Assembly (NCBI RefSeq): GCF_006345805.1
Contig: NC_043001.1
Coordinates: 72,478,001 to 72,542,000, forward strand
Direction: 5' to 3'
DNA: 64,000 nucleotides
Source: Octopus sinensis
Lineage: Eukaryota
Shown: positions 37,508-50,020 of the stretch, piece after piece
Position numbering within the stretch: position 1 is the first letter of the stretch
How the letters are laid out: every line of letters starts with the position of its first letter
The notes under the pieces: model-generated
What the model was told of the DNA's origin: nothing
Database searches by the model: none
The model's input: only the letters and a program-made list of their open reading frames with translations
Translations under genes and position numbers: made by a program

Positions 37508-37517
37508 TATATATATC

Positions 37518-37598
<81 letters not shown>

Positions 37599-37642
37599 TA
37601 TATATATATATAATATATATGTATACATATATGTATAAAAAT

Positions 37643-37764
<122 letters not shown>

Positions 37765-37893
37765 AAATAGATAAATAGATAGATAGATAAATATACCGAT
37801 TTACATTCACCGGTTCTGGGTAACGATGAATAGCAGTACATCTCTGATGGGAGACAATTACTGGAAATAGATCTGGTAGACTAAGATATATAT

Positions 37894-37924
<31 letters not shown>

Positions 37925-38006
37925 TATATAGTTAGATGGATAGATAGATACAAACATACATACATAAATGCATACATACATTCTTATGTGTATGTGTGTC
38001 TATGTG

Positions 38007-38051
<45 letters not shown>

Positions 38052-38499
38052 GTAAATGAGATGTAGAAAAAAAAATCAATAAAAACTTTCCAGCTTGCAC
38101 ACACACACACGATCGCGCACACACACATACACACAAGTAGTGTTACAATGCAGTGGTACGTGTAAACTAAAGAGTACTCAGTGTGCATGCAGAGTAAATT
38201 TCATTATTATGTTAAAGTCATTGTCTATAACATCTAAACAATTACCGAATAGTATATCAACAACGAAAGGTTTCAAATGGTGATAGTTTTTGATTGCCAT
38301 TCAGCAGAACAGGGGATTAAGTTGTACAGTTCCAAAATAATATTCTTATCGCTGGCGTTTCGCGGCACAGAACAACGTGATCTTAAGGTTTATTATCTTA
38401 TTATTCACATCCTTTATGTTGATATTATTGATCACATCTTATTCTGTATATCAACCGATCTCTATTGTTCATTGTGGTTTCCTAGGAAGAATTTATTTT

Positions 38500-38968
38500 G
38501 GCGGAATTCTGGTTTAAGCATCTTATAAAACTCCTCATAATTTTTTTTATTTTTTGGAATTTTCAACAAATTGTTACGAATTTGTGTTATACGCACGTGA
38601 ATTCATGCGATTATGGAAAAAAAATTGTGTATGGTCTAAGGGCGATTTAGCTGTTATTTTTAGTACACCTCACGACCACCTGATACCTTCCACGTTTCTT
38701 TGACACTCTCACATGTATTGATGTTTTTCAATATTTTGATTTAATGGAATGATTATGTACCTAAGGGTGGTCCACTGCTAGGATTTAAGCAAAAAATTCG
38801 GACTGTACTTTAAACACTGATTTTCGAAAAAATCGTAAAAGAGTGAAACTTTTAGGATTTAGAGAGAGGGTGGATAAAAAATTCTTTTTTATTTCTATTT
38901 TTCATAATCTTATGAATTCCTGTGTGTAGATATGTAAAAATATGGGCTGCTTAAACCAGAATTCCGCC
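38500..38968. mobile_element. Non-autonomous DNA transposon, 21-bp TIR, 8-bp TSD (Merlin-like)
   Basis: Perfect TIR GGCGGAATTCTGGTTTAAGCA / TGCTTAAACCAGAATTCCGCC; flanks TTTATTTT and TTCATTTT (7/8). Confidence 0.75.
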
Positions 38969-39711
38969 TTCATTTTAATGATAGCATATTCGTTATTCTG
39001 TTTAAAGTATGAATTTTGTAACTCGGTGGTATTTCCTACTAGTATGAAGTCTGCATATCTTCGTTACAGTTATGCGTGATATGCTGTAATCGATGTTTGA
39101 CCAGTTTATATTAAAGTTGTCGAAAATTGTATAGTCCCGCTGAATGTCATTCACACCTGGATGTATATGTAAAAATCATAATTTTCATAATTTTTTAAAC
39201 TGCTTTCTTACCTACTAGTACAATATTTCTTTTGTTTCTCCGCAAATCACATAATTTACTTCTGTCTCGCAGGTAATAGCTTTCGTTAAACAATTTTCAT
39301 CAATGATATACATCTGTTTAGTCTAATTACATTCAACCAGTTATTTGTTACTAGAATCTCTTCCGCAAGTTATATGAATCTCTTTTGCAGTGCTACCGAA
39401 TTTTTTTATACAGTTATAACTGACTTTGAGGTTATTTTTGTAAAACAATTTGTTCTGTATGTGAATATTTGTGAAATGTTTGAAAAATTGGTGTTAATAA
39501 ATTTCTTAATATATTTGATTTTATATAATGCAGATGGAATTTTATTTTTCGATATTTCGTTGCCGCACTTGTTTATGTAAAAAGAAACTAATTAGTTTTC
39601 TTTAAACCAGCGTTTGTCTAATGAATTATTGTAACTCATTGTTTTATTATGTAATGTTTTCTGTATCGAAAGATACATTTACTAATATTACAAAATTGCA
39701 ATGTTATTATC

Positions 39712-39856
39712 AGGCGTAGGAGTGGCTGTGTGGTAAGTAGCTTGCTACGAACCACATGGTTCCGGGTTCAGGTTCACTGCGTGGCACCTGGCAAGTGTCT
39801 TCTACTATAGGGGATTGGGTGAGTGGATTTAGTAGACGGAAACTGAAAGAAGCCCG

Positions 39857-39926
<70 letters not shown>

Positions 39927-40087
39927 CGTGTGTATATGTATGTGTCTGTGATTGTTCCCCCTCCCGATGCTGGTTCGGCAAAAGAGACCGATAGAATAAA
40001 TAGGCTTAATAAGTCCTAGGGTCGATTTGCTCGACTTAAGGTACTCCAGCATGGCCACAGTCACATGTCTGAAACAAGTAAAAGAGT
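39712..40087 (+). mobile_element. SINE family B with internal deletions
   Basis: GGCGTAGGAGTGGCTGTGTGGTAAGTAGC head through CTGAAACAAGTAAAAGAG tail. Confidence 0.9.
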
Positions 40088-41778
40088 CCGGATATGCTTG
40101 ATACACGTTCAAACTGGGGTACAAGCTACTCACTGCCAAATGGCGTCGATACACCGCTTATCACTGCTTACTAAAGTTTTAAGTATCTTGGGAGAATGCT
40201 TAGAGTACTTATTCATGTAGGTGAGCATTGTGTTCGGTTTTTCTATAAAATTGTCCTTTGTCTTATGTCATCTGTAAGAAGTTACGTCCTTGATCTTTCT
40301 ACCTTTTCATATATCTAGACGTTGGAAATGTATTTTCATATATGTTCTTCCTACTTACAGATGTGTCATTTGAGGTAATCTTACAGCTATTTCTAACAGG
40401 CCGAACAACCACGCCGATGCCCCCTCATTGACTCTCTATAAATGACCTTGTTGATGATCATGTCTGTATCGATAAGTGTATGTATGTATGTATGTATGTA
40501 TGTATGTATGTATGTTATGTATGTAGTATGTATGTATGTATGTATGTATGTATGTATGTATGTATGTATGTATGTATGTATGTATGTAGTATGTATGTAT
40601 GTATGTATGTAGTAGTATGTATGTATGTATGTATGTATGTTGTATGTATGTATGTATGTATGTATGTATGTATGTATGTATGTATGTCTTCTTTATGATG
40701 TTGCATGGATGAATGGATGTGTATATGTATGTGTATGCATATATATGTGTAAGTATGTGTGCATACGTATGCATAAGTGTATGTACATACATGTTTCTAT
40801 ATATATGTGAATGTACCTGTGTTTATGTATGTTGTGTGTATATGTATGTTGTGTGTATATGTATGTTGTGTATGTGTATGTGTATATGCGTACGTGTGTA
40901 CGTATCTATGTGTATACATGCATGTGAACATGTATGCATATATGTGTATGTTTGTATATATATGCATGTGAGTGAGTATGTATGTATATGATAAAATGTT
41001 GTTAGCATCAACGAGGAAACATACCTGAGAACAGGTGAAATAAAACAGAAAATAGAAAACGAAAACGAAAAAAAATGTGAAAAGACAGGAGAAGGAAGAG
41101 GGGAGGAAGAGAGGAAAAGGGTAGGGAGAAGGTGGATGGAGAAGGGCAATAGAATTCAGTTCATCAAATATCGAATGAGGGTGATGACGTCAATAGGACG
41201 CCATTGATTTTGAACTACAAACTGACGAGTAAATATACGCAGTGAGCAGAAAGAGGAGGAAACTATATATATATATTATATATATATATATATATAATAT
41301 ATATATAATATATATATATAATGTATGTATATATAGTTCATCTATATATATATATATATATAGATATAATATATATATATATATGCACACGCGCGCGCGC
41401 ACACACACAACGAAGAATAGTAAATAATCGACAAAAAATAATAAAACATAGAACATAAATAAAAAATGTATTTTTGTCTCTCTTTTTCTTAAATGTGAGC
41501 TGTGCATTGAGATCGAAACCATGTCAAATTCATGTCACTGTGTCTCCAGTTTTTATTTTATTTTCATATTTTGTCTTGTATTTTATGTTTTTTTTTTCAA
41601 ACTAAAAGTATATAAACAAACAGTATGAATATGGTGCAGAGGAAAATGTTTTTCTTTTCATTTTTAATTGAACCCACCGTGGTTGACTTTGATTTTTAGC
41701 TATCAGGGATCAATGAAATAAAGTCAAATATTGAGTCTGATATAATTATCTTTTCTCTACTCTCAAAATTTCTTATAC

Positions 41779-41819
41779 TTATGCGAGAGAATCTTCTTCT
41801 TCTTCTTCTTCTTCTTCTT

Positions 41820-41850
<31 letters not shown>

Positions 41851-41957
41851 TTATTATTATTATTATTATTATTATATTATTATTATTATTATTATGCGAG
41901 TTAAGGCAGCGAGCTGACAGAAGCGTTAGCACGCCGGGCGAAATTCTTCTTCTTCTT

Positions 41958-42039
<82 letters not shown>

Positions 42040-42154
42040 TATTATTATGCGAGTTAAGCAGCGAGCTGACAGAAGCGTTAGCGCCGGGCGAAATTCTTCT
42101 TCTTCTTCTCTTCTTCTTCTTCTTCTTCTTATTATTATTTTATTATTATTATTA

Positions 42155-42191
<37 letters not shown>

Positions 42192-42988
42192 ATTATTATT
42201 TTATTATTATGCGAGTTAAGGCAGCGAGCTGACAGAAGCGTTAGCACGCCGGGCGAAATGCGCAGCCGTATTTCGTCTGCCGTTATGTTCTGAGTTCAAA
42301 TTCCGCCGAGATCGACTTTGCCTTTCATCCTTTCGGGGTCGATAAATTAAGTACCAGTTACGCACTGGGGTCGATGTAATCGACTTAATCCGTTTGTCTG
42401 TCCTCTCTGTATTTAGCCCCTTGTGGATAGGTATTTCGTCCGCCGCTGCGTTCTGAGTTCAAATTCCGCCTAGGTCGACTTTACCTGTCATCCTTTCGGG
42501 GTCGATAAATTTAGTACCAGTTACGCACTGGGGTCGATATAATCGACTTATCCGTCTGTGTGTCCTTGTTTGTCCCCTCTATGTTTAGCCCCTTGTGGGC
42601 AATAAAGAAATAAGAAACGTTAGCACGCCATGCGAAATGCTTGGCAGTATTTCGTCTGTGTTTATGTTCTGAGTTCAAATTCCGCCGAGGTCGACTTTGC
42701 CTTTCATCCTTTCGGGGTCGATAAATTAAGTACCAGTTACGCACTGGGGTCGATGTAATCGACTTAATACCTATATCTGTCCTTGTTTATCCTCTCTATG
42801 TTTAGGCCCTTGTGGGTAATAAAGAAATAGGTATTTCGCCAGTCGATAAGTTCTGAGTTCAAATTTCACCGAGGTTGACTTTGCCTTTCATCCTTTCGGG
42901 GTCGATAAATTAAGTAACAGTGGAGTACTGGGTCGATGTGATCGACTAGTCCCCTCCCCACAAATTTCAGGCCTTTCCAGTAGTAAGG

Positions 42989-42990
<2 letters not shown>
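41779..42990 (+). mobile_element. SINE family A array: repeated heads with (CTT)n(ATT)n spacers, then four chained bodies
   Basis: Head AAGGCAGCGAGCTGACAGAAGCGTTAGC at ~41903, ~42056, ~42218; bodies joined at 42429/30, 42612/13, 42829/30; the last ends in the (ATT)n-type tail. Confidence 0.9.
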
Positions 42991-43024
<34 letters not shown>

Positions 43025-43099
43025 TATTATTATTATTATTATTATGGACGGCTTATCGTCCGTCTTCACGCTCTGATAGACAGACAGACAGACAGACAG

Positions 43100-43143
<44 letters not shown>

Positions 43144-43148
43144 ATAGA

Positions 43149-43179
<31 letters not shown>

Positions 43180-43869
43180 GCAGATAGATAGATAGACAGA
43201 CGGACAGATATTGATGGAAGGATAAATTGATAAATATCTAACTAAGCATAGAGTTAACTAGATAGATACCTCTAGAGATAACTAGAGAGAGAGAGGGAGA
43301 GAGAGAGGGAGAGGGAGAGAGAGTGATAGAGAGAGCGAGTCCTGACCTTTAAAACATTTCATGAAAGATTGATGAATGACGAATAAAGTGTTGGTGGAAG
43401 GGTCAAGTCAGAAGCTTCCTTTGAAGCTTGACAGCACGTAGTGGGCGCTTGATTATTTGTTGAGGGCAATTGAAATCTACGTAGGATGTTTTCATTTTCT
43501 GTATGTTGCTATTTCTTTTAAGGAATATTATTATATTTTGCATTTTATATTTCTATTACAATTATGTATTTGAATTTTTTTAAGTAATCATCATTTTTAT
43601 TATCTAAACTGTAATACTTATTATGTGAGAATTCAACTGAGTGACTCTTCTTATTTACAAGAGCGAAACAAAGAATATCCACTTTTGTGGTAGGATTACA
43701 TTTGAGGAAACTTTACTGCTATTTCCAGCAGGCAATGTTATTCTTGAATTTTCTTTTACGAAGGACGTGAATTCAGCATTGTACGTCAACAAGACTCATG
43801 TCCTTGCAGCTTCCTTTCCAGATGACCTTATCACTTTAAACGGGGGACTATAATATGACTTTCCTGCTT

Positions 43870-44245
43870 ACCTATAATATGATCTACCTACCGCAGGGAT
43901 ACTTTCCTCTCTTCTTTATGAAGAGTTGATTGCGATCGATCTTTACAGCAGACTCAAATGTAAATCAGATCCTCTCTACAAGCAACATCAGGTTTTAGGC
44001 GTAATACCTCGAGTCAGTTTTGTTCGGACTCTGAAAGAGTGAGTGGACGAGTTACTTCTCTATACACGCATCTTGGACAGGACTAGCTGATAGTACTACC
44101 ATATCTATAGAGTTTATCCTGAACTAGCAACAGAACAATACACCTGGTAGCATTACTAAGCCAATGATGTTTAGAAATTCACTACAGTCTTTAATCTAAA
44201 AAGCTTGAAGAGTATTTTCAGTTGATCTTTATCGGACGTCCAGAA
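43870..44245 (-). mobile_element. Old L1/Tx1-type fragment
   Basis: DQLKILFK..TSLA**CYQ..VQDKLYRYGSTIS*SCPRC aligns with the zinc-knuckle region at ~29020-29220. Confidence 0.6.
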
Positions 44246-44899
44246 CATGTCCTCATAAAATCGCCACACACGTTCGTCGTTCATACACACAATCGTTCAT
44301 ACACACAATCGTGATGTATGCTTGACCTAAAAGTGTAGTTCAATTAAAGATATGCTTCAAGCGCTTGTTCTTTGCCCGGCAATTTGTTATGTAGCCTCCG
44401 TGCACCATTGCGAATTGTCAGCTAAAACATTGAGAGAATCTCAGCGAAGTGGGTGCTGGCAATAAATGGAATTTCTGACTAGTGAAAGTCCACAGGAAGG
44501 AAAAGAACAGACGTGCCAATCCCGTCAAGCGCAGACTGGCGTGTGGGTAAGATACAACGATCTGGCAGTAACTGATTACGGTCGTGATATATGCGGTCGT
44601 TCTTCCATCTGTTCGTTATTTCAAGAACAGTTTCTCTCTCAGATTACACACACACACACACGCACACAATCACGCACACACACACGCACGTACGCACATA
44701 CAAACACATACTTACCATATACGTATGTATGTATGTATGTATGTATGTAGTATGTATGTATGTATGTATGTATGATGTATGTATGTATGTATGTATGATG
44801 TAATCATATGCAATGCCATACTCATATATACATACACACATATGTATATATACATCCATATAGATACATTTATCATAAATATATATGCATATATACATA

Positions 44900-45769
44900 C
44901 GAGGGGTACCCAAAAGTAACTGGAAACGTTCTCTGTGGGACAAGCCCGTTGTAGTTCAGGCTTCCGCTGCTAGAAGCCACTTGATGCGACTTCAGGCCGG
45001 CCGGCGTTGTCCAGTGAGGTCATACTGTCATATGGTGCATTTTTGTATTGTAGAGCTTCTTCCCTGTTCATAAATGTTTGCGTTGGCTGAAACAAAGGAA
45101 CAGCGTACTTCCATGATATTCTGTTTTCTGTTGAAGAAAATGGCGGCCGAAACAGTTGTCATACTTCAAACAGCTTACAAGGCTGTTTCCATAAGCAAAA
45201 CACAAATTTACAAGTGGTTTTCACGCGTGTCGCTTCAGACCCAACCTCATTCAGGGCGACCGTCGATCTCCCGAACGAATGAAAACATAATAATTCATGA
45301 AATGGTCTTGGAGGACAGTCACCGAACAATTGACGAACTTGTTGATATGAACGGTGTGTCCTGGAGCTCCTGCGAACGAATTTTGAGCGAGGAATTACGA
45401 ATGGAAAGAGTTGCATCAAAATTTGTGCCTCGTTTGCTCACGGAAGATCAAAAGCAGTCATAACTGAATGCGTGTCCTGAACTGGAAGGACAGTTGGAAT
45501 TTGATCCGGACAATTTATTCGAAGGTTATCACTGGTGACGAAAGCTGGTGCTATGGTATTTGCCGATGTGGAAGAGGTGAAGAAGAACGACGGAAACGTT
45601 AAAAGGCATCACTTCGCAAGTGTTCTATCACTGCTTCGAACTGTGGAAAACGCATCTTGACGGATGCATTGCTTCAAATGGAGAATACTTTGAAAGCATT
45701 AAGTGTAAAGATGTGAACCTAAGTGAATAAAATACTGCAAAATTCGGTGTTCTTTTGGGTACCTCTTCG
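44900..45769 (+). mobile_element. Internally deleted mariner with TIRs and TA TSD
   Basis: TA-CGAGGGGTACCCAAAAG ... CTTTTGGGTACCTCTTCG-TA; HTH (EQRTSMIFCFLLKK.AAET..QTAY..YKWF, SGRPS, FVPRLLTEDQK) and ITGDESWCYG; most of the catalytic domain is deleted. Confidence 0.93.
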
Positions 45770-45775
45770 TACGTA

Positions 45776-45826
<51 letters not shown>

Positions 45827-46144
45827 GAAAATAGTAATGCATTACGAAAGTATGCTTTCCAGTAAAAGATAGCCCGTAAGTAAATATCAGTACTTCGTTG
45901 TACCATTTATTTACTTTGATATGTATATATATATACATATAATATATATATATACATACATACATGCACATAACCCCAACATACATACACAACACACCAA
46001 CACACACACACACACACACACACCACACACACACACCACACACACACATATATATATATATATACGAATGTATGTATGTGTGCGTGTGTGTGTTAGTGTG
46101 AAAAGAGAGCGAAGAGACGGAGGGATATATATATATATAAATAA

Positions 46145-46181
<37 letters not shown>

Positions 46182-46214
46182 GGGAGAAAGAGAGACAGTG
46201 TGACAGAGGGAGAG

Positions 46215-46270
<56 letters not shown>

Positions 46271-46310
46271 GGAGAGAGAGAGTGTGTGAGAGAGAGAAGT
46301 TTGCGTTTAC

Positions 46311-46477
46311 CAAATTTCATGAAGAAATCGTTGATAAAAGTGATAGAGGACACTTGCTCAAACTGCCGCCCACGTAGTGACATCAAGATCAAATACGACA
46401 CCGCTTGTTTCAGGAACGAACTCGTTAACGACGCGGCATAATATCCGCCTGTGATATTGGTGTTATTATTGTTGGTA
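46311..46477 (-). CDS. Candidate internal coding exon of an unidentified host gene
   Basis: Non-repetitive island; pyrimidine-rich ..CTCTGTCTTACATTGTTGTATAG acceptor, 167 nt open as TNNNNTNITGGYYAASLTSSFLKQAVSYLILMSLRGRQFEQVSSITFINDFFMKF, donor G|GTAAAC. No recognisable homology; no partner exon found. Confidence 0.25.
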
Positions 46478-46651
46478 CTATACAACAATGTAAGACAGAG
46501 GTGATGAGAAATAGCATGGTCAGCGATGGAAGTTTATTGCTAGGAGAGGCTTTCTTTTGACATTTGTCAGTTTTCAATGAACAGAAATACATTAAATTGC
46601 TTAGCTTATAGCAAGAGTCATGGCGGTAGAAGAGACAGAGAAGGACGTTTA

Positions 46652-46716
<65 letters not shown>

Positions 46717-46782
46717 AAATGCATACACACATACACACACATAGACACACATGTATATAATGTATATGTGTGTGTTTGTGTG

Positions 46783-46821
<39 letters not shown>

Positions 46822-47552
46822 GTATAAGTATGTGCATATGTGTGTGTATAGGTGTGTGTATATATATGTGTGTGTGCATATATATATATGTATATGTATA
46901 TACATGTATAAATATATATGTATGTATATAGGTGAATAAATATGCGTGTGTATAATTATACAAACACACACACGCACACACACATGAAACCATAGAGAAT
47001 TAGTTGTATTGTCAGATAGACATGATACGGCTTCATCTACTGTAATATCATCATATGGATCAGACATGCTCACACACACACACATACGGACGTCACACAG
47101 ACATATACACACGCACGCATATACACACAGACATATACACACGCACACATGTGGATCCAAAATCATACACATGTACATATGCATGTGTACGTGGATATAA
47201 ACATGCACATCTACTGCCATATCACCAGATGCTTTACGCACGCACACGTAAGCACAAACTAATGCGTAAATACATATGCACATACATGCATAAATACATA
47301 CATATACACATGCATGCATGCACGCACGCAAACATACATACATACAAATACATACATTAGTATTTGTTATATTAACATATGGATTACACTCCCAAAAGAC
47401 ATATACGTACGCACATTTACACACACACACTTATATACACACTTATAGATATATAGATATGTATATATATATGTATATATATGTATATATATATGTATAT
47501 ATATGTATATATATATGTGTATGTATATATATATATATATAGGAATATATAT

Positions 47553-47884
47553 GTGGAAGCACTCCGTCGGTTACGACGACGAGGGTTCCGGTTGATCCGA
47601 ATCAACGGAACAGCCTGCTCGTGAAATTAACGTGTAAGTGGCTGAGCAATCCACAGACATGTGTACCCTTAACGTAGTTCTCGGGGATATTCAGCGTGAT
47701 ACAGGTACAACAAAAACAGGAAGTAAGAGTGAGAGAAAGTTGTGGTGAAAGAGTACTGCAGGGATCACCACCATCCCCTGCCGGAGACTCGTGGAGTTTT
47801 CAGGTGTTTTCGCTCAATAAACACTCACAACGCCCGGTCTGGGAATCGAAACCGCGATCCTAACCACTGGGCCATTGCGCCTTC
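47553..47884 (-). mobile_element. tRNA-head SINE, family C, with 12-bp TSD
   Basis: Minus-strand head GGCGCAATGGCCCAGTGGTTAGG..GGTTTCGATTCCC; TSD AGGAATATATAT at 47541-47552 and 47885-47896; related pieces at ~17240-17410 and ~61115-61285. Confidence 0.9.
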
Positions 47885-47898
47885 AGGAATATATATAT

Positions 47899-48805
47899 AT
47901 AGGAGATAGGGGTACGTTACGCCGCAATAATATATGTATAGAAATTAAATATAAATTATAAATTACAAAGTGGGACAAGAACGCAAAAACACACAAAAAG
48001 ACGACACAAAAAAAAAAAAGACGGGTCACTCGAAGCCTCTAATCTTTCGTCGGGAACCGGATCAGCTTAGCAATTTCGGCTGTTTAATCTCGATATCGCT
48101 CCGATCCGGCCAGCCCCAAAGAAAAACTAAGCCACGGGCATTAGATTTCTTGGAAAGAGGATCGAATGTATACGAAACAAGGACAGGATGCCACACGAAT
48201 ATAAATACAAGAAACAAAAAATAGAAATAAAAAACAAGAATAGTAAACAGGACAAAATCTTGCGGGTGTCTTACGACTTCAGACAATTTTTAACTTATCT
48301 TGGCTGGCGTATTTGAAACAGGATTGGCTTAACAATAGAAGTGACGGTGCAAATAAGAATGGGGGAAGAATCAGAGGCAAAGAAAGAGAAAGACACAGAC
48401 TATAGAGAGAGTGTGTGTAAAGACGTCGTACAAGGTGTGGCCGGATCGGAGCGATATCGAGATTAAACAGCCGAAATTGCTAAGATGATCCGGTTCCCGA
48501 CTGAAGATTAGAGGCTACGAGTGACCCGTCTGTTTTTTTTGTGTCGTCTCTTTGTGTGTTTTTGAGTTCTTGTCCCACTTTGTAATTTATAATTTATATT
48601 TAATTTCTATACATATATTATTGCGGCGTAACGTTCCCCTATCTCCTATGTATGCACATTCCACCTTGTACGACGTCTTTACACACACTCTCTCTATAGT
48701 CTGTGTCTTTCTCTTTCTTTGCTTCTGATTCTTCCCCCATTCTTATTTGCACCGTCATTTCTATTGCTAAGCCAATCCTGTTTCTTCTCCCCTCTTTAAT
48801 TCCTT

Positions 48806-48844
<39 letters not shown>

Positions 48845-49341
48845 CTGGTGCCTTCGTCCCTTTCTTTCTTTCTCTCTCTCTTTGATTCCTTGCCCCCTGC
48901 CTTTCTTTCTCTTTCTTCCGTGCTCTCACGTGACCGCCTTCAAACTGGTCTTTCCGGTTCGACCGCTACCATGTTAACACTGTTGTTTTCGTCTGCCGCA
49001 AAGGCATTTTTCAAATACGCCAGCCAAGATAAGTTAAAAATTGTCTGAAATCGTAAGACACCCGCTGATTTTGTCCTGTTTACTATTCTTGTTTTTTATT
49101 TCTATTTTTTGTTTCTTGTATTTATATTCGTGTGGCATCCTGTCCTTGTTTCGTATACATTCGATCCTCTTTCCAAGTTTTTCTTTGGGGCTGGCCGGAT
49201 CGGAGCGATATCGAGATTAAACAGCCGAAATTGCTAAGATGATCCCGTTCCCGACTGAAGATTAGAGGCTTCGAGTGACCCGTGTGTTTTTTTGTGTCGT
49301 CGCTTTGTGTATTTTTGCGTTCTTGTCCACACTTTGTAATT
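47899..49341. mobile_element. Non-coding Penelope-like repeat: partial tandem plus inverted copy
   Basis: 48438-~48590 recurs at 49192-49341 (period ~754 bp); 47899-48437 is an inverted, internally deleted copy of the same unit. The architecture is typical of PLE pLTRs; no RT/GIY-YIG ORF. Confidence 0.6.
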
Positions 49342-49614
49342 ATAAGTTTTTTTAATTCTATACCCACACAACACACACACACAAAACATATATATATAAA
49401 TAAATATAATATGTATATATATATATATTATATATTATATATATGTAGGGAGACGTAAAGTATACTAGCCATCTCAATATGGCTAACCACTAAGGGTGGG
49501 TGTTTACTGTAGCTTTTAGCCCCAGGAGATCATCGTCTCCAGCTGGCTTTAGGCACACTTTCTGTACTCTTATGGTATTTGCAAAGGGAGGTCATCCCTC
49601 TCTCGCAAACCTAA

Positions 49615-49672
49615 GTGATACGCACGGACTGCAGTTTCGAGGTATTTGCCTCTTGTCAACGTACGGTAATAC
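49615..49672 (-). ncRNA. Type I hammerhead ribozyme, U3-A8 core variant (mirror copy)
   Basis: Exact reverse complement of the core and proximal stems of 49753-49811; one G is missing in distal stem I. Confidence 0.8.
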
Positions 49673-49752
49673 CGGTTTACGATGAAAGGAAGACCTGTTT
49701 GCAAATACTTACGGGTTTTTCTACTAACTTCCGTCACTGATTTCAAAAACCG

Positions 49753-49811
49753 GTGATTACCGTACGTTGACAAGAGGCAAATACCTCGAAACTGCAGTCC
49801 GTGCGTATCAC
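49753..49811 (+). ncRNA. Type I hammerhead ribozyme, U3-A8 core variant
   Basis: GUGAU-UAC-CGUACG [UUGACAA] GAGG-CAAAUA-CCUC [GAAA] CUGCAG [UC] CGUGCG-U-AUCAC. Stem I is 6+5 bp with an internal loop, stem II is 4 bp, stem III is palindromic; predicted cleavage after GUC at 49799. Confidence 0.85.
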
Positions 49812-50020
49812 TTAGGTTTGCAAGAGAGGGATGACCTCCCTTTGCAAATACCATAAGGGCACAGAAAGTGTGCCTAAAGCCAGCTGGAGACAATGATCTC
49901 CTGGGGCTAAAAGCTACAGTAACACCCATCCTTAGTGGTTAGCCATATTGAGATGGCTTGTATACTTTACGTTGTCGAGCAGTTATTGTTTATATCTCGT
50001 TCAGAGATTTCTTATTGCTT

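Larger units (their letters stand above)
49453..50020. mobile_element. Penelope-like/retrozyme-like inverted pLTR pair with hammerhead ribozymes
   Basis: Arms 49453-49678 and 49747-49972 (~226 bp, about 8 differences by hand count); candidate TSD TAGGGAGA at 49446-49453 and 50024-50031. Confidence 0.8.

Noticed and set aside
42218-42990. CRISPR-like regular repeat array
   Set aside because: Units are ~200-bp SINE bodies with no unique spacers and no cas genes; eukaryotic context.
46319-46441. 40-aa plus-strand ORF MKKSLIKVIEDTCSNCRP..
   Set aside because: Short, no signal peptide or homology, no promoter context; within chance expectation.
48468-48518. Possible type II hammerhead AGCC-GAAA..AUC..CUGAAGA..GGCU
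   Set aside because: Five extra nt before stem II, stem I out of register, and CUGA is absent in the inverted copy (~48045); a simple hairpin fits better.
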